In this document: piece after piece, positions 20,469 to 29,312 of the stretch | How positions within the stretch are numbered: position 1 is the stretch's first letter | How the letters are laid out: each line of letters opens with the position of its first letter | Assembly (NCBI GenBank): GCA_044226015.1 | Contig: JBGAHS010000002.1 | Span: forward strand, 160,001 to 224,000 | DNA from: Candidatus Obscuribacteraceae bacterium | GTDB lineage: Bacteria; Cyanobacteriota; Vampirovibrionia; Obscuribacterales; Obscuribacteraceae | DNA length: 64,000 bases | Direction of reading: 5' to 3' | Notes under the pieces: model-generated | Told to the model about the DNA's origin: nothing | The model's database searches: none | What the model saw: the letters and a program-made list of their open reading frames with translations, nothing else | Position numbers and translations under genes: made by a program

Positions 20469-20648
20469 GTATACATACAGAGTTCACCAAAAGCATTTTA
20501 AAAACCGAATGAATTGAGTCGCCAGGACCCTTCGCCAGGCCGACTGTTCGCACCCAGCCGCTGCATTTGCTGCAGCGTTCAGTTCAATTCAAGCCCGACA
20601 GACAGTGTCTGCCGCGAGACTCTGCCGACCTTAGAGAGGAAGAAACCC

Positions 20649-21071
20649 ATGTGCAATCAGAACCAGAGCCACATCTACAATCATATCGAATATCTCATCG
20701 CTGGAAATCGCCACACAGAGCCAGAAGTACTTGCAGAACTCGCGAGCTCCGAATGCCCCCGCGTCAGAGCACAGGTCGCCGAAAATGCAGCGACACCGTT
20801 GAGTACGCTTTCCTTGCTAATTTCTGATGTTTCCAGCGAGGTAAGACTTGCCCTGACTCACAATGTCAGATTGCCAAAACTCTTTCTCGATTGGCTAAGC
20901 CGCGATGAGTCGGCAGACCTTCGATATGGCATGGCAGAGAACCCATCATTACCTGTTCCTATTCTTGAATTGCTCAGCCACGACAACAACCCGTATGTCT
21001 CAAGTCGAGCCAGCAAAACCCTGAATTGGATCAAATCAAAATCAGCACCCACAGTAAGCAAGGCTGCCTAG
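20649..21071 (+). CDS. HEAT/LRV-repeat-like protein
   Basis: Repeated L..LA.D....VR..VAEN..TP units; GAGAGG RBS before ATG 20649. Confidence 0.8.
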   Translation: MCNQNQSHIYNHIEYLIAGNRHTEPEVLAELASSECPRVRAQVAENAATPLSTLSLLISDVSSEVRLALTHNVRLPKLFLDWLSRDESADLRYGMAENPSLPVPILELLSHDNNPYVSSRASKTLNWIKSKSAPTVSKAA

Positions 21072-21113
21072 ATATCACGCAAAGAGTAAGAAGGATCAGA
21101 GAGGAAGAAGAAT

Positions 21114-21323
21114 ATGAATACTTTTCTCAGCAACGACCAACATTTATATCTTGGATTGCACATACTTGTGCCCATCGCGTCTTTGTTTCTGATGAGCCTC
21201 TTCGCCGACCTTTTTTCTGCAACTCGGCACTTTGCGTATTTGCTAAATCACAATTGCAAATCAAATCGATCAAAACTCGATGCAAGAAGGTACCCTAAGC
21301 ACTCACGTCTGCGAAAACAATAA
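21114..21323 (+). CDS. Small hypothetical membrane protein
   Basis: 69 aa, one hydrophobic segment, AGAGGA RBS. Confidence 0.45.
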   Translation: MNTFLSNDQHLYLGLHILVPIASLFLMSLFADLFSATRHFAYLLNHNCKSNRSKLDARRYPKHSRLRKQ

Positions 21324-21379
21324 CTGGTTATCGACCATCATCTGCGATTAATTCGGCTCGAAACAATGGAGAATAAAAA

Positions 21380-22174
21380 ATGGATCTCAAACTACACGGC
21401 AGAACTGTACTCGTAACTGGCTCTACAGGTGGCATCGGCTTAGCTATCGCCGAACAATTCAGCCAGGAAGGCGCAGACGTCATTATCAACGGGCGTTCGC
21501 ACGAGCGAGTGAGACAGGCAATCGACTCAATCGAGGCGAAGACCGGAAAGAAAAATGTACGCGGCATCGTCGCCGATCTTGGCACCGCCGACGGTGCAAA
21601 GAAAATCATCAAAGAACTCAGCGAAGTTGATATTTTAATCAACAACATGGGTTACTACGAAGCGAAGAACTTCTTTGATATTAGTGATGAAGACTGGTTC
21701 AAAATCTACGAAGCAAACGTTCTAAGCGGCGTTAGATTGAGTCGCCAATATTTGAAAGGCATGCTTGAGCGCGACTGGGGACGCATTATTTTCATATCTA
21801 GCGAGTCAGGCGTACAAACTCCAGCGGAGATGATTCATTACGGCATGAGCAAAACAGCGCAGTTGGCTATCGCTCGAGGACTCTCTGAGCTTACCGCTGG
21901 TAGCAAAGTAACGGTAAACTCCGTACTTCCTGGACCAACAAAATCTGAAGGCGTTGAGCAATTTGTTGCTCAAGTTGCAAACGAGCGAGGCGTTTCAGCT
22001 TCGACAGTGGAAAAGGAATTTTTCCAAACAGTCAGACCATCCAGCCTGCTAAAGCGCTTCGCCACAAGTGAGGAAGTTGCTAACATGGTTGTTTATTTGT
22101 CGAGTGAACTTGCATCTGCAACAAACGGCTCCGCACTGCGTGTCGATGGTGGCACCGTGCGCTCGATTGTTTAA
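21380..22174 (+). CDS. Short-chain dehydrogenase/reductase (SDR)
   Basis: TGSTGGIG, INNMG, catalytic YGMSK, VDGG. Confidence 0.95.
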   Translation: MDLKLHGRTVLVTGSTGGIGLAIAEQFSQEGADVIINGRSHERVRQAIDSIEAKTGKKNVRGIVADLGTADGAKKIIKELSEVDILINNMGYYEAKNFFDISDEDWFKIYEANVLSGVRLSRQYLKGMLERDWGRIIFISSESGVQTPAEMIHYGMSKTAQLAIARGLSELTAGSKVTVNSVLPGPTKSEGVEQFVAQVANERGVSASTVEKEFFQTVRPSSLLKRFATSEEVANMVVYLSSELASATNGSALRVDGGTVRSIV

Positions 22175-22205
22175 TTTGATCGAGATCTAGTGGGGGCTAA
22201 GCCAG

Positions 22206-22283
22206 AAGCCGCCCAGATGGCGGCGCCCCCAGACTTGAAGCAGCAGGATGGCGGCGCTCACAGGTCAGAATTGCGGCGCCCCA
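22206..22283. repeat. REP-like palindromic repeats (two full copies plus a partial)
   Basis: GCCGCCCAGATGGCGGCGCCCC and GCAGCAGGATGGCGGCGCTC; related copy at 27926-27947. Confidence 0.6.
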
Positions 22284-22284
22284 T

Positions 22285-22881
22285 TTATTGCTGAGGCGCA
22301 GGTTGAGCAGGCTCTCCGCTTGCGTCTTGAAACTCTGCTACTACAGGCAACGGAGTGTCGCCGCCGCGCTGCCCTACAAGTAAGCGAAAATGAATTGGTG
22401 CCGGACCCATAAGTCCTTCAGCCGAATGCTTCACTACAGACCCTTCCACTTCGATAGGAACAAGTCCTTTGGTAGAAGCTGATGGCTCTTCGATTTTTAC
22501 ATTGTTGATACTGATGGAGCTGACGCTTTTTGTGTCTTTAAGCTGGCGACCAATTGCTTTCATTTCATCAGCATTCGGCGGAATGACTCCACCAGAAGCA
22601 AGGGCTTTGATTACGCCAGGGCCCAGTTCTGACTTGGTTCCAGCATAAGCGAGTTGATACATTGAAGCTTCGTAGGTAAGGAAGCAACTGTCTACGATGT
22701 GTCGCGTTACTTGCCGGGCAAAAGTATCGAAGTTAATTTTCTGCTCGCTCGTCAGTTTGTTGGATGGTGCGACTTTGGATAGAAGCAACAAATTTGCAAT
22801 AACACTAATTACACAAACAGCGTGCACGCCGTAAGTTTTTGCAACTTGTTCTGGGCTGATTTTTCTTACTCGCCAGTACAT
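22285..22881 (-). CDS. Bitopic membrane protein, candidate VirB8/DotI-like (NTF2-like) subunit
   Basis: Single N-terminal TM, helical then beta-rich domain; last gene of the prgI-virB4 operon. Family is inference. Confidence 0.65.
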   Translation of the reverse strand: MYWRVRKISPEQVAKTYGVHAVCVISVIANLLLLSKVAPSNKLTSEQKINFDTFARQVTRHIVDSCFLTYEASMYQLAYAGTKSELGPGVIKALASGGVIPPNADEMKAIGRQLKDTKSVSSISINNVKIEEPSASTKGLVPIEVEGSVVKHSAEGLMGPAPIHFRLLVGQRGGDTPLPVVAEFQDASGEPAQPAPQQ

Positions 22882-22896
22882 TTTCGCGTACCTCGC

Positions 22897-23268
22897 TTAA
22901 AGTTCTACTCGACCTAGCACCCACTTCCCACTTTGCTTATACAAGGTCAAAACTGCTGAACATTCTACAGTTTCGGTTTTTCCGCCCGGATTGTCAAGCG
23001 ATTGTCCCGCATCTGCAGTGGTCAAAATTTGCGTCCCAGTAACTTTGATCACAGCATCATTATCGCTTTTTCTTATAATCGATGCTTGGGTCATCTCAGC
23101 CTTCGATTGCCATGTTGCATCGGGCCACTGCCAATTGAAAATCTTGTCGCCAATCAGCTCTGCCTCGCCTTCGAGACGCATATTTGAAACTGTTTGAAGT
23201 GCGACCCAGCTCACAATGAAGATTGTGCAAAACGCAACGAGAACTTTCCAGCTGAATACTTTTTCCAT
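22897..23268 (-). CDS. Bitopic membrane protein, candidate NTF2-like secretion subunit
   Basis: Starts MEKVFSWK 2 nt after the virB4 stop; N-terminal TM; ends LTLYKQSGKWVLGRVEL. Confidence 0.7.
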   Translation of the reverse strand: MEKVFSWKVLVAFCTIFIVSWVALQTVSNMRLEGEAELIGDKIFNWQWPDATWQSKAEMTQASIIRKSDNDAVIKVTGTQILTTADAGQSLDNPGGKTETVECSAVLTLYKQSGKWVLGRVEL

Positions 23269-23270
23269 GC

Positions 23271-25976
23271 TTAATCGTGTTGGAGACCCAGGTAATAAAC
23301 GGCTTGGCGACAAGCATCCGTATGATTCATTGTTGGATTCTTCGATTTCACTTCTTCGATCATCGCTCTTCTTTTTGGAATATCGTTAATCGGTTCAGAC
23401 GTACAAATCCAATAATCCATAGGGCTTGGAACCAGTCGAATGGTACCATGGATGCCGCCAACAATGAGCAAGCATTGGCTGTCTCTTCGTTTTTCCTGAT
23501 CGTGCCCGAAGTTTTCAATCGCTTGAGTTTCGGCTTCAGTCAGACGCAAAATATCCTTCAATTTCTTCAAGTCTGAAGGGTCTTGGCGGAGAAGAATTTT
23601 CATGTGCGCGTTCTTCACAACAGAGTCTGCGAGTTCTGCCTGGCGGAAGAAGTCAGCCAACTGCTGCGTGATTGTGACAAGCATCATCCCGTAGTGACGA
23701 GCTCGGCGGGAAAGGTCATCGAGCAGTCTTGCCCCAGCTTTAAATCTCATCAGTGTTGCAGCTTCGTCTATTACTGCAGCAAAACGCATATTGCGCTTCT
23801 TCGCTTCAGCAGCTTTTCTTCGAATGAATTCCGCCAGAATAAACGAAGCCATACGCTCAAGTCTAGGGTCGTGTTATTATCTTGAGTCGAAAACGATGAA
23901 TAGCTTTTCTGTGTCGATGTTGGTCAGACCGTCGACCAATCCACCGAAGGCACCAGCCCTGGTGAACAAGGAAAGACCACGAGCGAATTGCTGCAGGCGA
24001 TCTCTTTGCAGAGGGTCGACCTCATCAGCAGCCGCTTGAGCTGTCACTCTTGCCAGGTCAGTCATAACTGGCACCGTTCCACGAAACGCGGCTTCCATAT
24101 ACGCCACGCGAATCAAGCCGTCCAAGAGAGACTTCTCTTCTACGTTCAATTCTTCACGGCCTTCTGGTGTCAGCATGAGGTCGAGCAGTGAAAGCAAGGT
24201 GGCAATTTTGTCCGCGTTTGGCTCTCCAGGCTTACCATCGTCGGGCCCAATATCGAAGGGGTTCAAGATATAACCTGAACTTGGACCAAGGTCGATGTAT
24301 GCGCAAAATTCAGGGCCCAAGAGCTCTGTGATGAATCGATAAGCACCAAATTTGTCTACGGTTTTATCGATTAAGACAAAGCGCACACCCAGCGGTAAGA
24401 GCCGCAAAATCATCATAGACACAGCGAAAGATTTACCGGCACCGGTCGTTCCTACAACGAACATGTTGTTAGCGTCTTTGCCCGCGCCTCTGAAGAACGG
24501 GTTGAGCAGTACTGGTTCTCTTGATGCAATTGCGAAGCCAAACGGCACACCCTCGGGCGTTCCGCAACTAGCCGTGAAAAACGGCCAGAAGCTTCCCACA
24601 ATAGGAGACATAACGCGATGCACAATCGCAAGCTTGTCCACACCTACTGGTAGAGTCGCCTGCCATGTGTCTAGCTGCAACATCTGCGCGCGATCCATAA
24701 TCGCACCTTTGTTTTTGAACACACGACGTATTTCGTCCATGTGTCCGTTCAAGCGCTCGTTGGTATCAGCGTGTGTTTTGATGTAAAAGCTCATATCAAA
24801 AGCTTTATTTGAGCTGCGCAAGAATTCTTGAATTGCGGCTTGCGCTGTCCTGGTTGATTCCAAACCTTCAAGGTCAGGAGTAGAAAGCTGTGTGCTAGCG
24901 ACAATACCCATCGTGTACTGGCTCTTCAGTTTCTTACGCACACTGTCTTGATCGCAACAGTGAATGAACATTGAAACAGTGTACTCAACGCTGAGCGTTA
25001 AAAGTTCGACGAGCCATCCCATCCAGGTTTCGTGCGGAACCTGTTGCATGTACTGACTGCCAACATACTTTCCGTCAAGCCACAAATAATTGTCTGTGAC
25101 TTTTAAGCCAGAACGAGCCAGCACAGAGGCTTCGCTCACACCAGGTCTGCTCGGAGGCGCATCTGGTTCTGCTTCAGAAAGAGAGGGGTTTAGATGCGAG
25201 TAAATAAGATTGCGCACTTCTCGCCTGGTGAGTGTGCTCGGTCTTAAATTAGAACCACGCAACTGTTCAAAAACAGTTTTGCAGTAGCGATTAAGCTCTT
25301 CAAGAAACTCTTCGTGCTTCTGAACTGAACGGCGACCGCTCCAGCCGCGCGTCACGCTGCGGCAATCTGGCGGCTGATAGCTGACCACAACGTAGAAGTC
25401 TCGTTGCGGAACGAAGTGCACATCTTGTACGCGGCGGAACCATTTGTCAGTGTAGTCCGCATACCATCGCAAGTATTCGTTATCAGTTTTGATTTCTTTC
25501 TGATATCGCGACAAATATTCGTCAACGGAAAGGTTTCTCGAGGTGACGATGATTTGAATGTCAGAGTCAACTGAATTTGCAAGAGAGGCAAAATCGCGTG
25601 CGAGCTTGTCGCGTTCTGCTTCGTCGAACAGAAGTGCATTGATACCTTTGCAGCAAATGAACTTGCGCATGCTTCCATCGCCAAGCACGACAAGTCCTTC
25701 ATCCTGATCTTCGCCTGGAATTGAATGAATAAAGCAAACATCTTGCCAGCTTGCAGAAGTACGTTTGTCCTTCGGAGGACCTGCGACTTCCTTTTCGTCA
25801 GCAACAGGGGCATCGAACGGCAGCATGTCGCGAATCATCGGCGGCAGACCACCCAAAAGACCGCCTAAAGCGCCTCCATTGCTGGTTTGCTTTTCCGCCT
25901 CTTTGCGTTCGTCGAAGCTGCGCTCACCTTTTGAAGATGAGCGACTACCACGTTTGGCGGGTCTGAGTCCTGTCAT
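23271..25976 (-). pseudogene. virB4: VirB4-family type IV secretion/conjugation ATPase interrupted by two in-frame TAA codons (ORFs 23877-25976 and 23271-23852 share one frame)
   Basis: Walker A GTTGAGKS in the first ORF; Walker B AAVIDEA and RARHYG..TITQQ in the second; junction reads FDSR-TAA-TAA-HDPRLERMASF; joined length about 901 codons. Confidence 0.85.
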
Positions 25977-25995
25977 TTAGTGCATCCTCACTCGC

Positions 25996-26376
25996 TTATT
26001 CAAGCTGTATATATCCTTCATCTTCCCGCCTGACAGGGTCTATTACATCAGGGTCTGGATAAATTTGTGTTTGTTCTTCAATGTGAGGGTAGTACGCTTT
26101 CGGCAATGTTCCCATGAGCTTGTAGAGAAAGAGATTGCGCCACCATGCAAACGGTTTGAATTCAGCAGCATTCACTCCGACCATGGCCCCACCGACTATG
26201 ATAACCCAGACGAATAAGCCAAGTGGCAAATTGCCTAGCTTCCAGTCTTGTGGAACCTTAAAAGCCAGAAGAAATCCCAAACCTACAGCAATAACGAGAA
26301 TAGCCCACTGCCCGAAGGTGAACCCTCGGATCTTAAGTGGCTTATTCAGGATAATCACTTTGTGTACTAGAGACAT
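25996..26376 (-). CDS. PrgI/VirB3-like membrane protein
   Basis: 126 aa; KIRGFTFGQW followed by two TMs; directly upstream of virB4. Confidence 0.75.
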   Translation of the reverse strand: MSLVHKVIILNKPLKIRGFTFGQWAILVIAVGLGFLLAFKVPQDWKLGNLPLGLFVWVIIVGGAMVGVNAAEFKPFAWWRNLFLYKLMGTLPKAYYPHIEEQTQIYPDPDVIDPVRREDEGYIQLE

Positions 26377-26668
26377 GCAAAGCTATCCTCAGAGCACCTT
26401 ACGGAAGCTCCTGGCGGCAAACTACGAAGCCATAGGCCCCGCAGTCGTTTCAAGTTTTTACCCTCATCATCAACGAGCATTGCGCTTAGAAGTAGTGGTG
26501 GTGTTGCCCTCAGCTTCCTGGAAGAACTTATCCTCCTAATCCAGTGCCTTGGGGGAACGCAATAACCCATTAAGTATATATTACTAAGAATACAAAAATT
26601 GCAAGCACTTTATTCCTTGCAACCTTAGCAACAAGCCAAATTTTCATGTTTGTGAAAGTTTTTTGGCA

Positions 26669-27181
26669 TCAAAAAGTCTTGCCAGCACTATTGCCTGCAC
26701 TCGGTGTCTGCATTGTCGCCGTGCTAGCCATCGACCAGGTATAAGGCATTGATTCCTGGGCTCGAAAATCTACTCCGGAAGGACCAGAGAAAAGTGAGAT
26801 TAGAAATGGTGGAAAGACATGCACCGTGGTTGCCACGGTGACTTCACCTTTGACAGGACCACCATAAGGAGGCGTCGGCAAGTCGCCACTCATTTGCTCT
26901 GAAACCTGAACCGCGTTATCAAGGCGAATCGCGCCTGCGGTCTTATTTGCTTTGCGGACAACCCCCTCGGCCCTGCGCTGTGGTTCACCCGAGGTGATAG
27001 CATCTGGCGCGCCTATTGAAGCGGCTCTGGCCGCATCACGGCAAACAGAGTCGTTGAGTTGCACAGCCATGTAGATCGTTGCACAATCTATGATGAGCAA
27101 GATAACTGGAATTACAACTGCCAGTCCAGCAGCCAGTTCCACAAAGGACTGTCCCTTTGCCAATCCATTTCTTCTGTTCAT
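26669..27181 (-). CDS. TadE-like pseudopilin
   Basis: Basic leader RR..KG|QSFVE (E+5), hydrophobic helix, CRDAARAAS. Confidence 0.85.
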   Translation of the reverse strand: MNRRNGLAKGQSFVELAAGLAVVIPVILLIIDCATIYMAVQLNDSVCRDAARAASIGAPDAITSGEPQRRAEGVVRKANKTAGAIRLDNAVQVSEQMSGDLPTPPYGGPVKGEVTVATTVHVFPPFLISLFSGPSGVDFRAQESMPYTWSMASTATMQTPSAGNSAGKTF

Positions 27182-27319
27182 GAACTTCAACTCAAAAGTA
27201 TTCCCAACCCATTTCATATTATTCCCGCATCACAGTTGCTATAAACGGGAATAATGTACAGAGAATCAGCATTCTAGCGCTTTGCTTCTGATAAAAATTT
27301 GGACGCAGCCGGGGGAAAA

Positions 27320-27874
27320 ATGGGACTTAGTCAAAGAAGTAGAAAAGGTAATTCGATTGCCGAGTTTGGACCATCGATGTACATATTTTTCATTCTGATC
27401 ATTATTCCGCTGGTAGACCTTGCTAGCCTGATGTGGGGAATTGGGACAGTGATGCTGGTCGCAAACATGAGCGTTCGCCAGGCTGCTGGAGCCCGAACAT
27501 ACAGCGAAGCAATCAACATCGTGAACAAGACCGAAGATGATCTGGCAGCGTTCCGCAACTTCGCAATCATCTCGCCTTCAGGCGGGGCACCCAGAGGGGT
27601 GAAACTGCAGGTCATCTCGAACCCGGTTGCTGGCGCTACCTCAACACCAACAGTGTATGCTCCACCGCCCGCACCTAACAGAATTCCAGTCGACCGAAAC
27701 ACTCTCGATGCCACTCTCTATCACTACCAGGTGATCGCATCCTACGATGTTTCACCGTTAATGAACTTCAACGGAATGCCATTTTTCTCTGGCGTACCCG
27801 GCTTGGGAGCCCCTGTTCCAGTCTCATATGATGGAACTGCTACAGTAGAACATCCAGAAGGACTCAACGACTAA
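27320..27874 (+). CDS. TadE-like pseudopilin
   Basis: Leader RSRKG|NSIAEF (E+5), hydrophobic helix, SVRQAA. Confidence 0.8.
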   Translation: MGLSQRSRKGNSIAEFGPSMYIFFILIIIPLVDLASLMWGIGTVMLVANMSVRQAAGARTYSEAINIVNKTEDDLAAFRNFAIISPSGGAPRGVKLQVISNPVAGATSTPTVYAPPPAPNRIPVDRNTLDATLYHYQVIASYDVSPLMNFNGMPFFSGVPGLGAPVPVSYDGTATVEHPEGLND

Positions 27875-27925
27875 TTGAGGACTTCCTGATGAGATGCTGA
27901 CTGGAAGCCAACTCTAAGCCCCGCT

Positions 27926-27947
27926 GCCGCCAGGATGGCGGTACCGC
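27926..27947. repeat. REP-like palindrome
   Basis: GCCGCCAGGATGGCGGT between convergent genes; same family as 22206-22283. Confidence 0.55.
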
Positions 27948-27963
27948 ACGTAGTTTATGCTGG

Positions 27964-29262
27964 CTATTGCTTATTTTTTGACTTTAGCTCTGCGGCCTTC
28001 TGCTGGAACCTTGCAGCATCCGCGGACTTATTGTTTTTGGCGAGGATCTCTGCAATTTGCTGCAAAACACCAACATAGCGGGGGTCGCGCTCGCCTGCCG
28101 GATAGCTTGCTTCAATTCTCGCAGCGACTGCGTCAGGTCCGGCGACAACTTCATCAGGAATAAGAGGTGCCACTCCTGCTTTAAGCCAGCGATTTCCAGC
28201 GCCAACAGCTTTGCCCGACGTCGATGCTGGAACTGGATCAGGAGTTTTTGTGACTGCCTTGGGTCTATCCTTAGCGCTAGCACTGCGTTTTAGCTGATCT
28301 TCAATGCTGCTCTTTAATCGATTTATAGAATCTGTCAGAGCCTTCACATCTGCATTGCTCTTCACAGATTGCTCAATTCCAACGAAGATTTTGAGAAATG
28401 GAGCAACTCCAATTCCGTTTTTTTCCATTTCATGGAGCTTGTCTAGCAAAGCATCTCGCTCAGCCTGAAGCGGTCCTTTTAGAGTTTTGATACTAGCGAG
28501 TTCGATAACGGGCGCCTTCTTCGTCAAGGGCAGGGCCGCCAGAGAGGTCTGAATCGGCCGCCACAGTCCATCAAGAGAGGCACTAGCAAACGTTATTTCC
28601 CTGTTCTCTATTCTGGAAGCTGGGTCAACAAAATTGACTGTTATCTTCTGGGCTGTTGGCTTTGCCGCTAGCGCGTTCACAGCAATACGCAAGGCTTCGA
28701 ACTTAGCGTCTTCATCAGAAACCCAGGAGTCAAGACCGGTCGAAACTGTCAACCCGTCCTTGGTTTCGCTGATATGGTAATCATTCGCGCGCGAAATCAC
28801 ATTACTCTCCAGCTGGCGAGCAATGCGGTCAGAGTCACTTTTCACGGCAACGTTTTTGACTGTAATCGAAGCTAACAGCTGTTCCTGGGTCATCGTTCCG
28901 GCAGCAAATGACTTAATGTCGCCGGCGCTGACCGAAACTTCCTGACAGCTGGACATATCTTTTCCGTAGAAATAGCAGGTGACTCGGGCAAACCCCTCGG
29001 GCGACAGATCGAAAACTGACTTGGCTATAAGCGTTGCGTCAATTTTGCAGTCTTTGTCTTCGTTCGAATGCTTGAAAGTAGAGACATAAACCTGATCGCC
29101 ATCGACTCGAACATTCAGAGACGAACCAGGGGCAAGAAACTGAGCTTGCTTAATTGCGCTAACAATCTCTGAGGGGCTGATGGCAGAATAAGCAGGAAGA
29201 ACCGCGAACAAAGCCAGAGACATAGCCAGTACAGGCTGACGCCACAAAGTTTTTTTGAGCAC
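27964..29262 (-). CDS. Hypothetical secreted protein
   Basis: 432 aa; Sec signal ending AYSA; AAGGAG RBS; internally duplicated D.K..A..IA motif. Confidence 0.8.
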   Translation of the reverse strand: MLKKTLWRQPVLAMSLALFAVLPAYSAISPSEIVSAIKQAQFLAPGSSLNVRVDGDQVYVSTFKHSNEDKDCKIDATLIAKSVFDLSPEGFARVTCYFYGKDMSSCQEVSVSAGDIKSFAAGTMTQEQLLASITVKNVAVKSDSDRIARQLESNVISRANDYHISETKDGLTVSTGLDSWVSDEDAKFEALRIAVNALAAKPTAQKITVNFVDPASRIENREITFASASLDGLWRPIQTSLAALPLTKKAPVIELASIKTLKGPLQAERDALLDKLHEMEKNGIGVAPFLKIFVGIEQSVKSNADVKALTDSINRLKSSIEDQLKRSASAKDRPKAVTKTPDPVPASTSGKAVGAGNRWLKAGVAPLIPDEVVAGPDAVAARIEASYPAGERDPRYVGVLQQIAEILAKNNKSADAARFQQKAAELKSKNKQ

Positions 29263-29312
29263 AAAGGACTCCTTTCAATCGAAATCGAATCGCAACAACC
29301 GATCGTTTCTAG

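Noticed and set aside
20319..20513. FMN riboswitch upstream of the rib operon
   Set aside because: No RFN consensus recognisable on the minus strand; ribD is also not in this cluster
23853..23879. Alternative genetic code, selenocysteine/pyrrolysine, intron or programmed frameshift at the virB4 break
   Set aside because: Both stops are TAA, which terminates many normal genes here; the frame is unchanged and there is no inserted sequence
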